A stretch of DNA of 64,000 nucleotides from Callorhinchus milii (lineage: Eukaryota). The DNA is taken from the NCBI RefSeq assembly GCF_018977255.1, contig NW_024704743.1:51090001-51154000 (forward strand), given 5' to 3'. Both the position numbers and the translations under genes were made by a program. Below are positions 26,780 to 39,200 of the stretch, one piece after another. How positions within the stretch are numbered: position 1 is the first letter of the stretch; each line of letters opens with the position of its first letter. The notes below the pieces were generated by a model. That model made no database searches. It saw only the letters and a list, made by a program, of their open reading frames with translations, and was not told where the DNA came from.

Positions 26780-27012
26780 ATCAAATTACATTTGTATAGC
26801 GCCTTTCATGTCAGGAGGATGTCCCAAGGTGCTGGACAGGGATTTGAACCCAAACTGGAGGTTGGGATCAGGGAGGGTGGCAGGCAAGGAGGGGAGGAGG
26901 GTGGTCGAAGACACGGTTGAAGAGGAGGATTTTGAGATGCGCCTTGAAGAAGCAAGGGAGGGTGAGAGGCAAAAGGAATGTGGGATGGAGTTCCAAAGGG
27001 TGGGGGCAGCAT
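26780..27012 (-). mobile_element. L2 3' end fragment
   Basis: Minus-strand peptide APTLWNSIPHS..L plus the L2 3' UTR. Confidence 0.8.
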
Positions 27013-27142
27013 CAAGATGATCTTTAAATGAGTCCCGTGTCCTGGCCTCAACCAGCAATACTGACAACCTGTTCCAGTCATTATTTACCCTCTGAGTAAA
27101 AAAAAACGTGCCGTATCAAGCAAAACTAATCTATTAATTGAC

Positions 27143-27256
27143 CAAAACAGAGATCACTGGGAACACTCAGCCGGTCAGGCAGCATCTATGGAAAAGGAAA
27201 GTGGGTTAACGTTTCGAATCCACGACCCTTCGTCAGAACTTCAGTATTTTGCGTTT
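27143..27256 (-). mobile_element. Short Penelope-type insertion with an 11-bp target-site duplication
   Basis: Homologous to the arm at 10097-10196. Flanked by perfect TATTAATTGAC at 27132-27142 and 27257-27267. Confidence 0.8.
27204..27240 (-). ncRNA. Minimal type I hammerhead ribozyme motif
   Basis: Minus strand reads AGUU-CUGACGA-A-GGGUC-GUG-GAUUC-GAAAC-GUU-AACC: intact CUGANGA and GAAA boxes, stem II with G-U pairs, palindromic AACGUU at stem III, short stem I. Confidence 0.7.
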
Positions 27257-27314
27257 TATTAATTGACTAATGCTGTTTCTAATACTTGAGGCTCTGAATG
27301 TGGTTGCTCCACAG

Positions 27315-27439
27315 ATGAAAGCCTGAGACTCATCTTCTTGCAATGCTGGTTCCTGGAAATATGCAAACAGTGTGATATGTGCACAGCTCAGGCGGTTACG
27401 GAACCAGCATTGCAGCTAACTGAGTTTTGGGATGTTCAT
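27315..27439. repeat. Inverted-repeat hairpin (perfect 15-bp core, arms about 40 bp)
   Basis: tgcaatgctggttcc at 27339-27353 pairs with ggaaccagcattgca at 27400-27414. Confidence 0.7.
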
Positions 27440-28169
27440 ACTCAGTGTATGTTCTAAAATCAAATTAAATTTTAAAAAATGGTCATTCTCTTCATGGCTA
27501 TTTGTGGGACATTATTGTGCATAAAATGGCAGCTGTGTTTGCCTACAAAATGCACAGTCACTGCACCTTACAGTAAGCAAAGCACTGTGAGACGTCCTTC
27601 AAAGTGAAAGGCGCTACATCAAATGCAAGGATTATTTTTTTCAAATAATAAATTGCAGGTTTTGCCAAATTTGCCTTGTTTGGTGTTGAATCTTTGCACC
27701 TGATTTTTTTCCCCCCCCGTTTATTGTCAACAAAATGGACCCTGAAGATGCCTAACAAAATACTCTGGTCTCTTTTCCTGAACACAAAAAAAGCTTCAAA
27801 GGTCCTTCAATATTTTGCAGGAGGAAGAGTTGAGTCCTCTAGGGGATTTGAGTTGCTGGTGCTGTGAACTGCTGAGTATGTGCACAGTGTGGCGTGCCAT
27901 TAAAAAGCTGGAGCAAGATGGGTCATACAGTACCTTTCTGGATCAGTATGTGAGCAAAGCTCCAAAATCACAGATCAGCTCCCTGTGGTTCAGTCAAATA
28001 AGAACCTTTGCTCAGTACTCCACTCGACTGGCACTGATTCTCCCAGAAAGGCTGTTAATCCTGAAGTCTATTGCTGAGGCCCACAAAATTATAACTTTAT
28101 CCTGATCATTAGATCTGATTGTACTAATATAATGGCATTCAAAATGATGTTGAAGGATTGATTTGAATC

Positions 28170-28432
28170 AAAATTATAAGCAGTGGAAAAGGGAAAGGTT
28201 AGACGATGTGTTTTACCCAAGCTGTTAAAAGATGACTGAGACGAATCTAAAACAAATTTCAAAAGGTTGCAGAATAAATATCTGATTAAATATTTAAATA
28301 TTTAGTAAATATTTAGTAAAGAACACTGGGAGGGAGAGTGCAACAGGATTAGATTAGATAGCTCCAGTGAGTGAACGAGCACCAGCACAGACATGATGAC
28401 CTCTTTTGTACTGTGAACTTGCTATGGTTCTG
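28170..28432 (+). mobile_element. CR1 3' end fragment
   Basis: gattagatagctcc...agcacagacatgatg...gtactgtgaacttgctatg, similar to 11105-11270. Confidence 0.6.
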
Positions 28433-29362
28433 AAAATCCTATTCAGTAGATGTTTACATATATTTTTGATTAAACTAGACAAACACTAACCTCATTCGGT
28501 AAGTGTATTAGGAGCTTCACCTGAGAACTTTGCCATTGTACAGTACAGCCTGTATTTTAACCAGGCAGGTTTAAAAAAGGATCTATTTTGCAATGCAGAA
28601 TTCTGTGTCTGTGTCAGTGTTAACACAGGACACAATCTACAAATACTGTATCTGACCTCATTGTTCTTTTAATATATACCAAAGGAAGCATGAATAGCTA
28701 AATCTATAATTACAATGTAGTGCAACTTGTACTACCAGCTATTGTTAATATACAACACAGCTGTCTATTGTTACCTTACTGCATATCTAAATTGATTGTT
28801 ACTTTACAGCACTATTAGTTTAGAGAGAAGTCAGGAATGCCAATACTGCATGGCAAAGTTCATTTTATCATGGCTAAATTACACAGCAATTATTTGGTAT
28901 AATACAGCATAGCAAGGTCTATTGTTAATACTCTGAAGCACAGCGGGGTCTATTGATACTGTATACCACAGATGCCTGTACTAATTGCACACCAGTCTAC
29001 AGTTTCAATAAAGTATAAGTATATACATATATACATAGGCGGTGGGTGGCTAGGGCTAGAGGATCTTAGCCCCCTCCCCCGCAATCTATCTACAGTTCAC
29101 CGCTATAAAGGGAACTGGGAGGGGAAAGCTCTGTTCGAAGGACTGCAGCCAGTGCTCCGAGTAGCCCCATCCTGGCAGGCCCCCCTCTTGTCCCTCTCCA
29201 AACTTGTTGTTGGTGCCACCCACTTCTGTTCTGATGGGTTGTCCGCTGATTGGCCAATGGACCTGTCAGTCAAGGCAATGGATTGCCTGTCTTGAAAGAG
29301 ACCCTTTACCTGAGTTTTACTTCCCCCCACCCCCCACACCCCTAACCCCAAGTTAATCATGT

Positions 29363-29686
29363 TATGAGATCACAGAACGTCATGAGGCTAAGGCAAGTCC
29401 TATTTGACTTCATCAACTTCCTCAAGGCTTTCAAACTCGTGCCTTATGAGGCTCTCATGATGAACCTGGAAGCCATGGGAATACATGGCTAAATCCTGGA
29501 TTTTATCTGGAATGTGTATTCCAGCTCCAAGTTCTGTGTAAGGGTTGAGAGTGGACTCACTAAGCCTATCTCTCTGGAAAGGGGGGTAAGGCAAGGCTGC
29601 CCATTGTTATTCATCTTATTCGATGTGTTCATTGATAATGTGTTGGATGCATAGAAGGGAAAAGACTTGGTGTATCTGTTCCAGGC
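29363..29686 (+). mobile_element. Degenerate non-LTR reverse transcriptase fragment, RTE/RTEX-like and not L2/CR1
   Basis: Translates to FINFLKAFKLVPYEALMMNLEAMGIHG*ILDFIWNVYSSSKFCVRVESGLTKPISLERGVRQGCPLLFILFDVFIDNVL, then GVSVPG after a frameshift. Confidence 0.8.
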
Positions 29687-30359
29687 TTCTCTGACAGACT
29701 TGCAGCAGGAAGGAGGTCTCTGGCCTCCACCACTCAGCCCCTCCCTCAAATCCTGAAGCTGCTGAGCACCCGGCTCTGGTCATTTCTACCCCTTGGCCCC
29801 ATGCCCCGGCCCCCACACATGTGACAGCATTCAGAAGCAGCAATCTTTCCCTATAATACAGGGGGATAAATCCTGATTTCACTGTTGTCAGATAGCTTGG
29901 TGTATAAATGGCCGCTAGCCATCCATCACTCTGACATCCTTACTCTAAAAAATTAAAAGAGGAAAGTGTAAAGAATCACCACGTTGCTAAAGATTATACT
30001 GAATAACACATTTTGGATTTTTTGCAACAGAGGAGGGCATGAGCTTCAATCTTAAAGCTTATGATATAATATCCACCTCTCAAAGTGTTATCCTGTATAA
30101 TATGCAGCTCATTAATGTGAGTTAATAGATTGTTTCTTACTGTCTGATAATTATTTCATTGTCAAATGAACTGCTTCAGTTATGAAGGAAATCTGCTAGG
30201 AGGAATCTATTTGCTATTTGGGTCAATAACAATTACATAATGGACATTATAATTAATTTCTAGGATTATAGATAAACTATGTTACTATTGTGATTCAGTA
30301 TGAATTGCATGATATTGATGCTTGCATTTCATTTTATCCTCAAGTTATTATTATCAACT

Positions 30360-30645
30360 GACACTGGCCTGTTTCAGGTCCCCAATCCTACCCATCTTTC
30401 ATCTGATCTGCTCTGATCTCTGGAACTCCATTCTAGTGACCCTCTGACTCCATCCCTTCCTCACCTCATTCAAGGTTCATCTGAAGACCTACCTCTTTGA
30501 CTGCATTGTTGATCATCTTTCCCCTCTACCCCTCCCAATAACCCCCTTAGCTTCCACACCAGCTTGTGTGCCAAGCCAGAATTGTTAAATGTCTTTGGAG
30601 ATCCTCCTGACATGAAAGGTGCTATATAAATGTAAATTTGTATTG
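30360..30645 (+). mobile_element. L2 3' end fragment
   Basis: ctctggaactccattc...gacatgaaaggtgctatataaatgtaa. Confidence 0.75.
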
Positions 30646-32420
30646 TATTAATATACAAGTACCTCAACAACAACTTGTATTTGTACAGCACACGGGGCAG
30701 TGTCTTGGAGCACTTATTGCAGGATAGCATCTCGGAGTGGCAGAGTTGGATAATAATATCTCCACTGCTAACAGTAGCAAACAAGTGTTCGCAGATGGTA
30801 GTGCCCCAGAACAGTGCTGAAAAAAAACAAATACACTTTCTTTGTTAGTGAGTGGAGCACTGTCAGCAGTCTATCTAACTTCCTTCTACACAGAAAGAAC
30901 AACAAAACAACACAATAACACTTCTTTGTGATTCTTAGTTTACTTTTTTGATAACTTTTGCCACTACTGTTATTTGCACTTGTAAAATTTAGACCTACCT
31001 TTATCATTCAATGCATGTGTCTACCTTCATCATACACAATACAATATAGCTTACATTTATTTGGTATCTTTCACTTCTCCGAGTGCTCACAGTGCTGGAT
31101 GGTCACCTGAGCTGGGGATGGGAGCTGAGGGAAGTGGGGAGGGGAATCATAACTGAAGGTACATTCAAAGAGGTACTTTACAGACATGCCTTGACAAAGG
31201 GGGGTAGGGAAGGAGAGAAAGGGAGAATAACTAAATATTCAACAACTTCAACAAAAACTTGCACTTATACAGCCTTTCATATACTGTCTCAAAGTATTTA
31301 CAAAGATGGTGAGGATCATCAAGCAAGATAGTAAGAAGAGGGGTCAGATGAGCAGATTGATGAAACTTACTGTCAAAGAGATTATTTTGAACCCGATTTT
31401 GAAGACAGAGAATGAATTACTGGAAATAAATCTGAGCAAATCTTGAAGATGGATGCTTTATTAATTTTAAGCAATAATGGTCTCCTGTGCTGTGAAATTC
31501 TATGACAAATATGGCTGTCAAATTGATTTTTTATTTTGTGACTTTGTTGCTTTATAGCATATCCATTAACACTACTTGATTCTGTAAACTATTATGGTCA
31601 AATTAGTAGCTTGTTATATGGTAGTAAGACATGAAGGGACTAGATAATGGGATAAAATATGAGCAGCTAATAAATGTCACCAGCAACAAAGTGTGTTGCT
31701 GTGTTAGATAAACAATCCTGAGCATATTATTCTCCCAAGTATAACTATCAACAAAATATAAACCAGCTAATATCATAGTTATGATCATAGCTTTCTAGGT
31801 TCAAGCTTTTTCTGCTTTTGGTGTAGTGCATGCTACAAAGCAAGGGATCAGTGGACATTGCCTGACTGTGCAATTGAGTCCATAATAGGAATGGCAATCT
31901 CATTAGGCTATATGATGATTTGACTGGCGTGATTTATCCGCTTTTCGGTTTGAATAAAGAACCATTGCTTTTCAATTTTGGCTTAGAATACATAGTCACT
32001 ACACTTGACAGCAATTACCTTACAAATGCTTTGAGAAGTTTCAGACTTGTATGTGCTCAATCAAATGCAAATATTTTAATTTATTTGACTGCATGTAACT
32101 TGCAACACAGTATCTTTACTTTATTGTACCTGCAGTCATTTTGGAGAAAATCTTAGCAGCTACTGAGATCTAAATTGTGATATTTAAAAACTAGAGTTAT
32201 CCCATTGATTGAATATGCTTTGCGATTTATGGTTTGCAAAATTGCTGATAGATTTGCTGACCACAAATCCCAAGTCGTCAGACCTCTGGGATTTGCGATT
32301 CACAGATTGAATTTCACAGTAAACCAAAGTTATAATTAATACAATAAATTTGGTTTGCAAATGAAACTCAACAGGCCAAAAATTCCAACAAGTCTTTGCC
32401 TGTAAAACCATATAATCTGA

Positions 32421-32469
32421 CAATTTAAGATCACTCTAAACACGGGAAGGAAAGAGTGATCTTAAATTG
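32421..32469. repeat. Perfect 17-bp inverted repeat with 15-nt spacer
   Basis: caatttaagatcactct / agagtgatcttaaattg. Confidence 0.85.
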
Positions 32470-33704
32470 GTATCACACCCAACAGCTGTAAATAAAGTAT
32501 AGTGTTGTTAGTGTAGTGTAAATAAAGTATAGTGTTCAACTTGTTCCACAAGTTGAATTATTTGTTTGTTGAAAATACATGTTAGTTTTATTTTTGTCTC
32601 GCTTTTGTCTTGATCAAAATATGTGGCTAATACGTTACTGTGTCCTTCGTCTCTAAAATTTACCTTTTCTGGGGGGAGTTTTTTTTTGTGAATGTAAATT
32701 TTGGTATTCAAATAAAAAAAGTAAGATTGCACAGAATTGTGAAAAAATATTGAATTCAACCTTAATTTGAAACCAGTTTCTTTTTAAGAATTGTAGAAAA
32801 CTGTTTTTCAAATTAATGCTGAAATTTGTACTTTCCATTTTCCACAATTCTGCAAAAATGTAACATTTAAGACAATAGTCTTACAGTTAAGATCGGGTGG
32901 ATTTCAGTCCTCTGATCTCCAACTATCTGATGTTATTTACATATTTGTGTGTTGGCATAACTGGAATCAATAATTTCTGTAATGGGAAAATAAAAAATAA
33001 AAAGTTTACTGCAGTTGAAAACAAAGTGTTAGAATGTTAAACAACAGAAAATAATGTTGTTGCAAGAGAGAAGATATGTTTCATCCCTTATGACTCTATT
33101 GCACACGTTTACCTTTAGCCCCTGACAGTTACAAAGTAAATGCCAGAAAAGTACTGTCAGTATTGCTAAAGGGCAGATTGAGTTCTCAAAGGACCTATCT
33201 TTAGACAGAGTGAAAAACTGTGAGGGAAAACCCAGGTGAAAAAGCCCTGGCCGTGATTCTGCAACTGAAGCCTGGAGTGGGCACGAGCTTGGAATTCCTT
33301 ATTTTGTTCAGTTTTCATGGTTAGCTGAAGCAATGACAATAATAATATCAATAAGGTTTAAAATGTATTGTAACTACAACGGTACTTTATAATTCACTGG
33401 CTACTCCATGTTTTCTCATCCAGTGTGACTATACTGTGTTAGCACCACGCTGATTTCTTTGCCCATGATCTGTTTCATGCTTCGTAAAAAAAAGTGCATA
33501 TACATACAGTGTGATTACCATTACTAAACAAAATACGCCATTTGAGATTGATGTTGGAGTACAGCTAAAAATTGGATGTCAACTTTACTTAATCACTGTC
33601 ATGTGATGCAGGCCTGAAACTGGCTGCAGGATTGCGAAAGGAAATAAGGACCACTGAACAACAGCCAAAATACCAAGAAAATTGTTTGAAATTAGCCTTA
33701 GGAC

Positions 33705-34155
33705 CAAACCATTGTGCCAAAGTCAGGATTGTTAAGTTCTATTGGCAAGTCACAGCATAAGGGGGCTGTCCATGCCGTAGAGACAGTGCAGAGAAGAGCA
33801 ACAAGAATGACCCCAGTGTGAGAGGAATGAGCTATGTGCAACGATTATCCAAGTTAAGGGTTTTTAGTCTTAAGAGAAGATGCCTCAGAGGGGAACTTAA
33901 AGAGATATATTTTGAATGTGATTGAAAACTTAATCAGTGCTTTAAGATGCACCAAAACAGAGGAACAAGAGCACATTAGGTTTTAAAACTGAAACTGGTT
34001 GCCAGGAAGGGTGGTTGAGACCAGGACACTGGAATCATTTAAAAGAAACAACTCGATGATGTGATGGGAGGTTGGTCATGTGAGTATCCTGGAGGGATGA
34101 TATTAGATGGGCTGAATGGCCTACTTCAACCGAAACAATCTTGTGATTTTGTAAA
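33705..34155 (+). mobile_element. CR1 ORF2 C-terminus and 3' UTR fragment
   Basis: Peptide VETVQRRATRM, and gatgggctgaatggcct near the end. Confidence 0.75.
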
Positions 34156-35384
34156 TCCTTTAAGAATGGATGGCAAAATATAGAATTTCATAACAGTCAA
34201 ATCCCACATTTTTCACTCCACAGTTACTGATCGTGTGAAAATAGTTAGTTAAAACTAGACAATGATGGTAAAGTAATTTCAAATAATTTTATATACAGCT
34301 GTAGTTACAGATTATATATATTTATCCACAAAGTAGACTTTACAATATGTCTTGTAAAGCAATTTGTTATTATTATTATATATAATAATTTTTTTTTGTC
34401 TTGATTAAAAATTTTATTTTCTCTATTAAATTATCAGGATTTTTATTGCAGTTTCTTGTTTCTTACCTTCGATCACTCATCCCTCACAATGTTGTGAGTA
34501 CTAGTAAAATGCTGTAATTTGACTCTTTTTCCTCTTTGGGAAAACACACTTCATGACAGTAAAATTATCTCTAGACAGCGATGCATACTCTGGAGAGAGC
34601 TGCAAGGCTGTAATTCAATGCCAGCTTCTGAGAATGTCACAACCATCCAGAGCACAGCTCCAGAACTATGTGAACATGAGAGGAACTCCAAAACTGTACC
34701 TTTATCCTCCAAGGCATCTTTTATGTTGCGTATAAATTGTCACTACATTTTCAAAGTAAAAATTTCTAAGTTTTGTTTGAAAACGTTGTTTCTTTCCTTC
34801 CCGTCCTCTCTTGAAATCTTTGCCTTTTGCAGAGCTACTGTTCTACGAGCACCTCCTGTTATCTTCCCGAGTGACTGTTAATCATTTGTGAGCCTGGACA
34901 GTGGGGTCTAATGGGTGGCCATTGCTAAAAATAACACTTGATTTTCCATTATAAACAAGCAATGAAAGGATTGCTATGCAATTGATACCTCCCAGTGAAT
35001 TTTAGCAGGTTATTCAACTGTGGGAAAATCACAGCCGAGTTCAATAATGTCCTCACCCCACGTCAACACTGAAACACTTTGTAGAGCGGTGAAATGACAG
35101 ACTGGAACCCACTTTGTTTTTCTCTGCTCTCTAATCGCAAAGTGCCATCCCTGCTGAGGTTCACTCCTAGGACAGACCTGGTTTAGAGCCTTTTATAATC
35201 TGGTCATATGGTTTAGTGCAGGAATAAATGCTGGGTCCTTACGAGCTTAAAATTTCTTCTTTTAAAATCAGGAAGTCTGTACAAACAGACTGAATGTGAG
35301 GAACGATTGTGACACATATAGAAGCAAAGTGTTGATGCCTGCTAATTCCTACGCTCACGGAACTGAAAATGCACCTCATCATTG

Positions 35385-35740
35385 TGGAGCCCTGTAGCTC
35401 AGTGGTGAGAGCGCTCGCTGCAAGCAAGAGACCTGGGTTCTATTCCCGGGAGGGTGAAAGGTCCTTACTCCACACACCTCTGTTTACCTAGCAGTAAGTA
35501 GGAACCCAGTTGTTAGTCGATTGGCGAATAGCTTTTTCCAGGGAAAATAATCCTTAAGAAAAATAATAGTAATTTGGTCACTCAATCCACGACTGTTTGT
35601 GGGACACTGCTGTGCACAATTGGCTACTGTGTTTCGCCCACAAAATACACAGTGAATCACTTTACAGTATATTCTGTGAAGTGCTTTGAAACGTCTAGAA
35701 GACATGAAAAGTGCTATATCAAATGCAAGGATTATTTAGT
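35385..35740 (+). mobile_element. Near full-length young tRNA-derived Deu-SINE with L2-type tail
   Basis: A box TAGCTCAGTGG (35395-35405), B box GGTTCTATTCC (35436-35446), Deu core, tail atcaaatgcaaggattatt. Confidence 0.9.
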
Positions 35741-36257
35741 TTTATTATTTATCACCTGTTTCATTTCGAAATGAGTCTTGTTTCTTAAAAAAGACAGGTT
35801 TGAGTATGACGTTTACACTATATTTTCCACATGTGTCAAACACCCTGCTGACCAAAACAATTGTTTTCTCTAAAATTAAGCCTGTAATTTACCAGAGCCT
35901 TTTGTTGCTAGATATTGTGTTTTTTAAAAGAAATAAGACAAATGGAGATAAGGTTTTGTGATCCTGAAAGGGTGCAGGATTGTCTGCTGACTGGGTGCCT
36001 CTTGTGTCTACATTGGCTGGTGTGCTGCCTCACTGACAACCCTAGGACTGAACACATCCCAATTCACAGTCAAAATCCTGCTACTTTGCTTTAAATTAGT
36101 TCAGCAATTACAATTTAAATATACTTTAATTAGCAACAATCTTCAAAATACCTTAGCCCCTGGGGATTAACTGGTGTTTCTCTCTGTCTCTCTCGCTCTT
36201 TTATTGTGGAATTTCGGTACCGTTTAAAAAGAATGAATGATTGATCCCAGGTCTCAC

Positions 36258-36286
36258 CTGAAACCTCATGTTGCCTGATGCATATC
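36258..36286 (-). CDS. 29-nt internal coding exon, (R)ICIRQHEVS(D)
   Basis: Acceptor ctattttctgcag|GATATG and donor TTTCAG|gtgaga. Lies in repeat-free sequence and joins the flanking exons in frame. Confidence 0.7.
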
Positions 36287-39200
36287 CTGCAGAAAATAGA
36301 TATTGTTAGCTTATGCTGCCATTTCTATTAAGCTGCCTGAACAGGTGGTGACAGATGAGGAGGCTGACAGGCAGCTCCCTCCATTGAAGATTGAAGATTT
36401 AGTTACATGCGATTCCACTGGCTGGTCATGATCTGAATTACTGCAATTGTGTCTAAGGTGACCCCTGACTCAGACGGCAATCTTTTTACAAAACATGACA
36501 TTTTTTTTGGGTTTAAAACCAAATTTTGTATTCCCAACTGTAAAAAACAGCCTTTGCCTGATATAAATGGAACTAAAATTGTTGCAAAAAAAATCCAGAG
36601 ATTCATCTGAGAGTGTATCTCCTTTGTTCGAATTACAGCAACTTATTTTTTTGTGACAATATTTGGTAAAGAATTTGCACATTTTGACTTCTTCTCCCTC
36701 TCTACCCCCTCTCCTCCCCCCATGCTGATTAGCGAAGGTCACTGGGTACCTATCGCCACACTGACGCCACCTAAAATTCACATTCACTTCAGGAAGCGGA
36801 TCGAGTTCTCTCTCTCTTTCCATTTTTCCCTTGTGTGCATTTCAACAGTAAATGACAGCCGGCTTCAGTGTGTCTGGAATGTGCACCAGTGAATAAAAGA
36901 GACACAATCTGTTTAAAAATTGCAAGCACATAGCGTTACAGTAAACTGGCAGTTTTTTTAATATATAATAAAAATTGCTGATTGCACAGCTTGTTCAATT
37001 ATTCCTGCTCATGCAAAACAACTCGATTTTTGTGTTTGTAATTGGTAACAGGGAATAAAATAGAACCATCCCGTACGGAAGAAAAAAATTAAACTGTGGG
37101 TTATTTTTTTACGTTTCAAGTGTAACAGATTGTTTGCTGTCCGTTGCAAATAGCATAAAACACACTTGTATTTTCTTTGCTAACATTAAACATTAACATA
37201 AATCTGTTACACAGAGCTAGCTTACTTTGAAATACGTACGTTTGTTTGAGAGATAATTGTTCCCATGTGTTCTGCACTGAATCTGAAAATTCCAAGAGTA
37301 CTTTTCTTTTTTTTAATAACCAAAAAGAACTTTCTCTCATAAACCTACAAAAATGCTATTGTATATCTGAATTACACATATAAAATGCTTTATGCACAGA
37401 TTAAGCAATTTGAGCCTATTATTACAGGCTTGATGCATATGTTTAGAAAAAAGAACAGAAATCTCTCTTCCTCATATGTGTTTTTGTCTGGCATTGTTGT
37501 GGTCCTAGCTGATGTGGTTAGAATTATGTACTCAGACTGGTGGGAAGGCAGTAGATTACATTTAGCTGAACATCAAATTGGAGACTAAAGACAACGCACA
37601 CTTGTTCAGTCTGCCTGCGAGATTGACAGCAATTGTTCCGCCCTTGTGATCATCGATAATCCCAAACTCACAAAGGTAGCCATGCTTTGAGTTTGCATTC
37701 AATAATCTTTTAGTCACATTGCAGCTGGGCCAAAGGAAAAGTTCTTATTTTCCATGATTCTCTGCATCGATCATACTTTTAGGGGCATTGGCAAATATGT
37801 GGCACTTCAAAATGGTGGGCTATTTAACAGAGACATGTGATTTGTGTCAGCAGTAATAAATCGGGATTATACTAATTGAAGGATTGAATTAAAACAAACA
37901 TATTACGATTTAAGATTACAAAAGGGAACTGGAAATACTAAGGGTACCAGATAGGACCTGCCAGCCCCACATCATCTAGATTGTACCATGGTTGATTTTC
38001 TTACAGATAGAGATTTTACTGTGTGCGAAATGCCACATTAGCTACCACATTATTTTACAAGTATACAGTCATTGCACTTGACAACTTATGGTTATGAAGT
38101 GCTTTAGAAACATTATGGCATTATAGGAGCTATAAAAAGAAACAAAAATAATTGTTTGAGTAGCCGTCCTTTAGATGAAAAGTTAACCTGAGGTCTCGTC
38201 TGTCTGTTTAGGTAGATGATAAAAATCCCATGGTATTATTCAAAAAGGAAAAGAAGTTTCTTCTGCTGTCCTGTCCAAGAATCCCCCAGATAAAATTGGT
38301 CATTCATTTCATGGCAATTTGTGGGACATTGCTATGTACAAATCCTACAGAATACAGTCAATTTACAATAAATTCTGCAAAGTGCTTTGACACATCCACC
38401 TGATGTGAAAAGCTCTGTATAAAATGCAAGAGATCTGAAAAGAATCTGATAGTCAATGTCCTTTCTCTTGCATTTCCTTTGGATAGCAATATTTTCCTTT
38501 CATGTCCTGTTGAGAGTGAAGACAGTTAAATTGACTATATGATCTGCAAGAGTAATGTCCTCCGTCACTTCCTGCCCAGAGTAATGAACCATTGCTTCTA
38601 TCTACAAAGAGATCATTCTTCTCTGGTCAATTAAACAGAACAGATAACAATCTAAGATTCAGTTAATAAAAGCAAGGCATTTATGATTAAGCTAATCTAG
38701 CTGGTGGTAGAGTCAGTGAATCAGAACTTAGAGAACGGGGCTGGAAATTTTCCTAGTGATGAAGTGCAACATTTATCACAAGGTTGGATCTATATCGGTG
38801 CCAAGTTCAGGTTACCTTCAGAATTGCAGGTAAAGGAAGTGAGGAGGAAGATGATAACCAGCCCAAACTATACCAAATGGGACCAAATGTAAAGCTTGAG
38901 TCAAATGGCAGGCTGGTCTGAAAGTTCAAACACCAGGGAACAAAATAAATAAAGTTGGACAATGTGTACTTCAGATTTGAACGTACCACACATGTACAAG
39001 TATATCATGTGTCCAAACTTTGTTCTTCAGTTACATTTGTATCCCAGTTTGGCTGTCTTATTAGGATCCTTCTCTCTGGTTCCAAGCCTCATGTTGAGCT
39101 TGAGATCATTATTCCAGCTGACCCTCCAGTTCAAGGTGAGAAAGTGATGCATTGTTGGAGGTGCTTTGGTACCGATTAAATATTTAAACAAGGTCCAGTC

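Noticed and set aside
35390..35455. tRNA gene
   Set aside because: The A/B boxes belong to a SINE head that continues into the Deu core and tail; the same applies at 50752.
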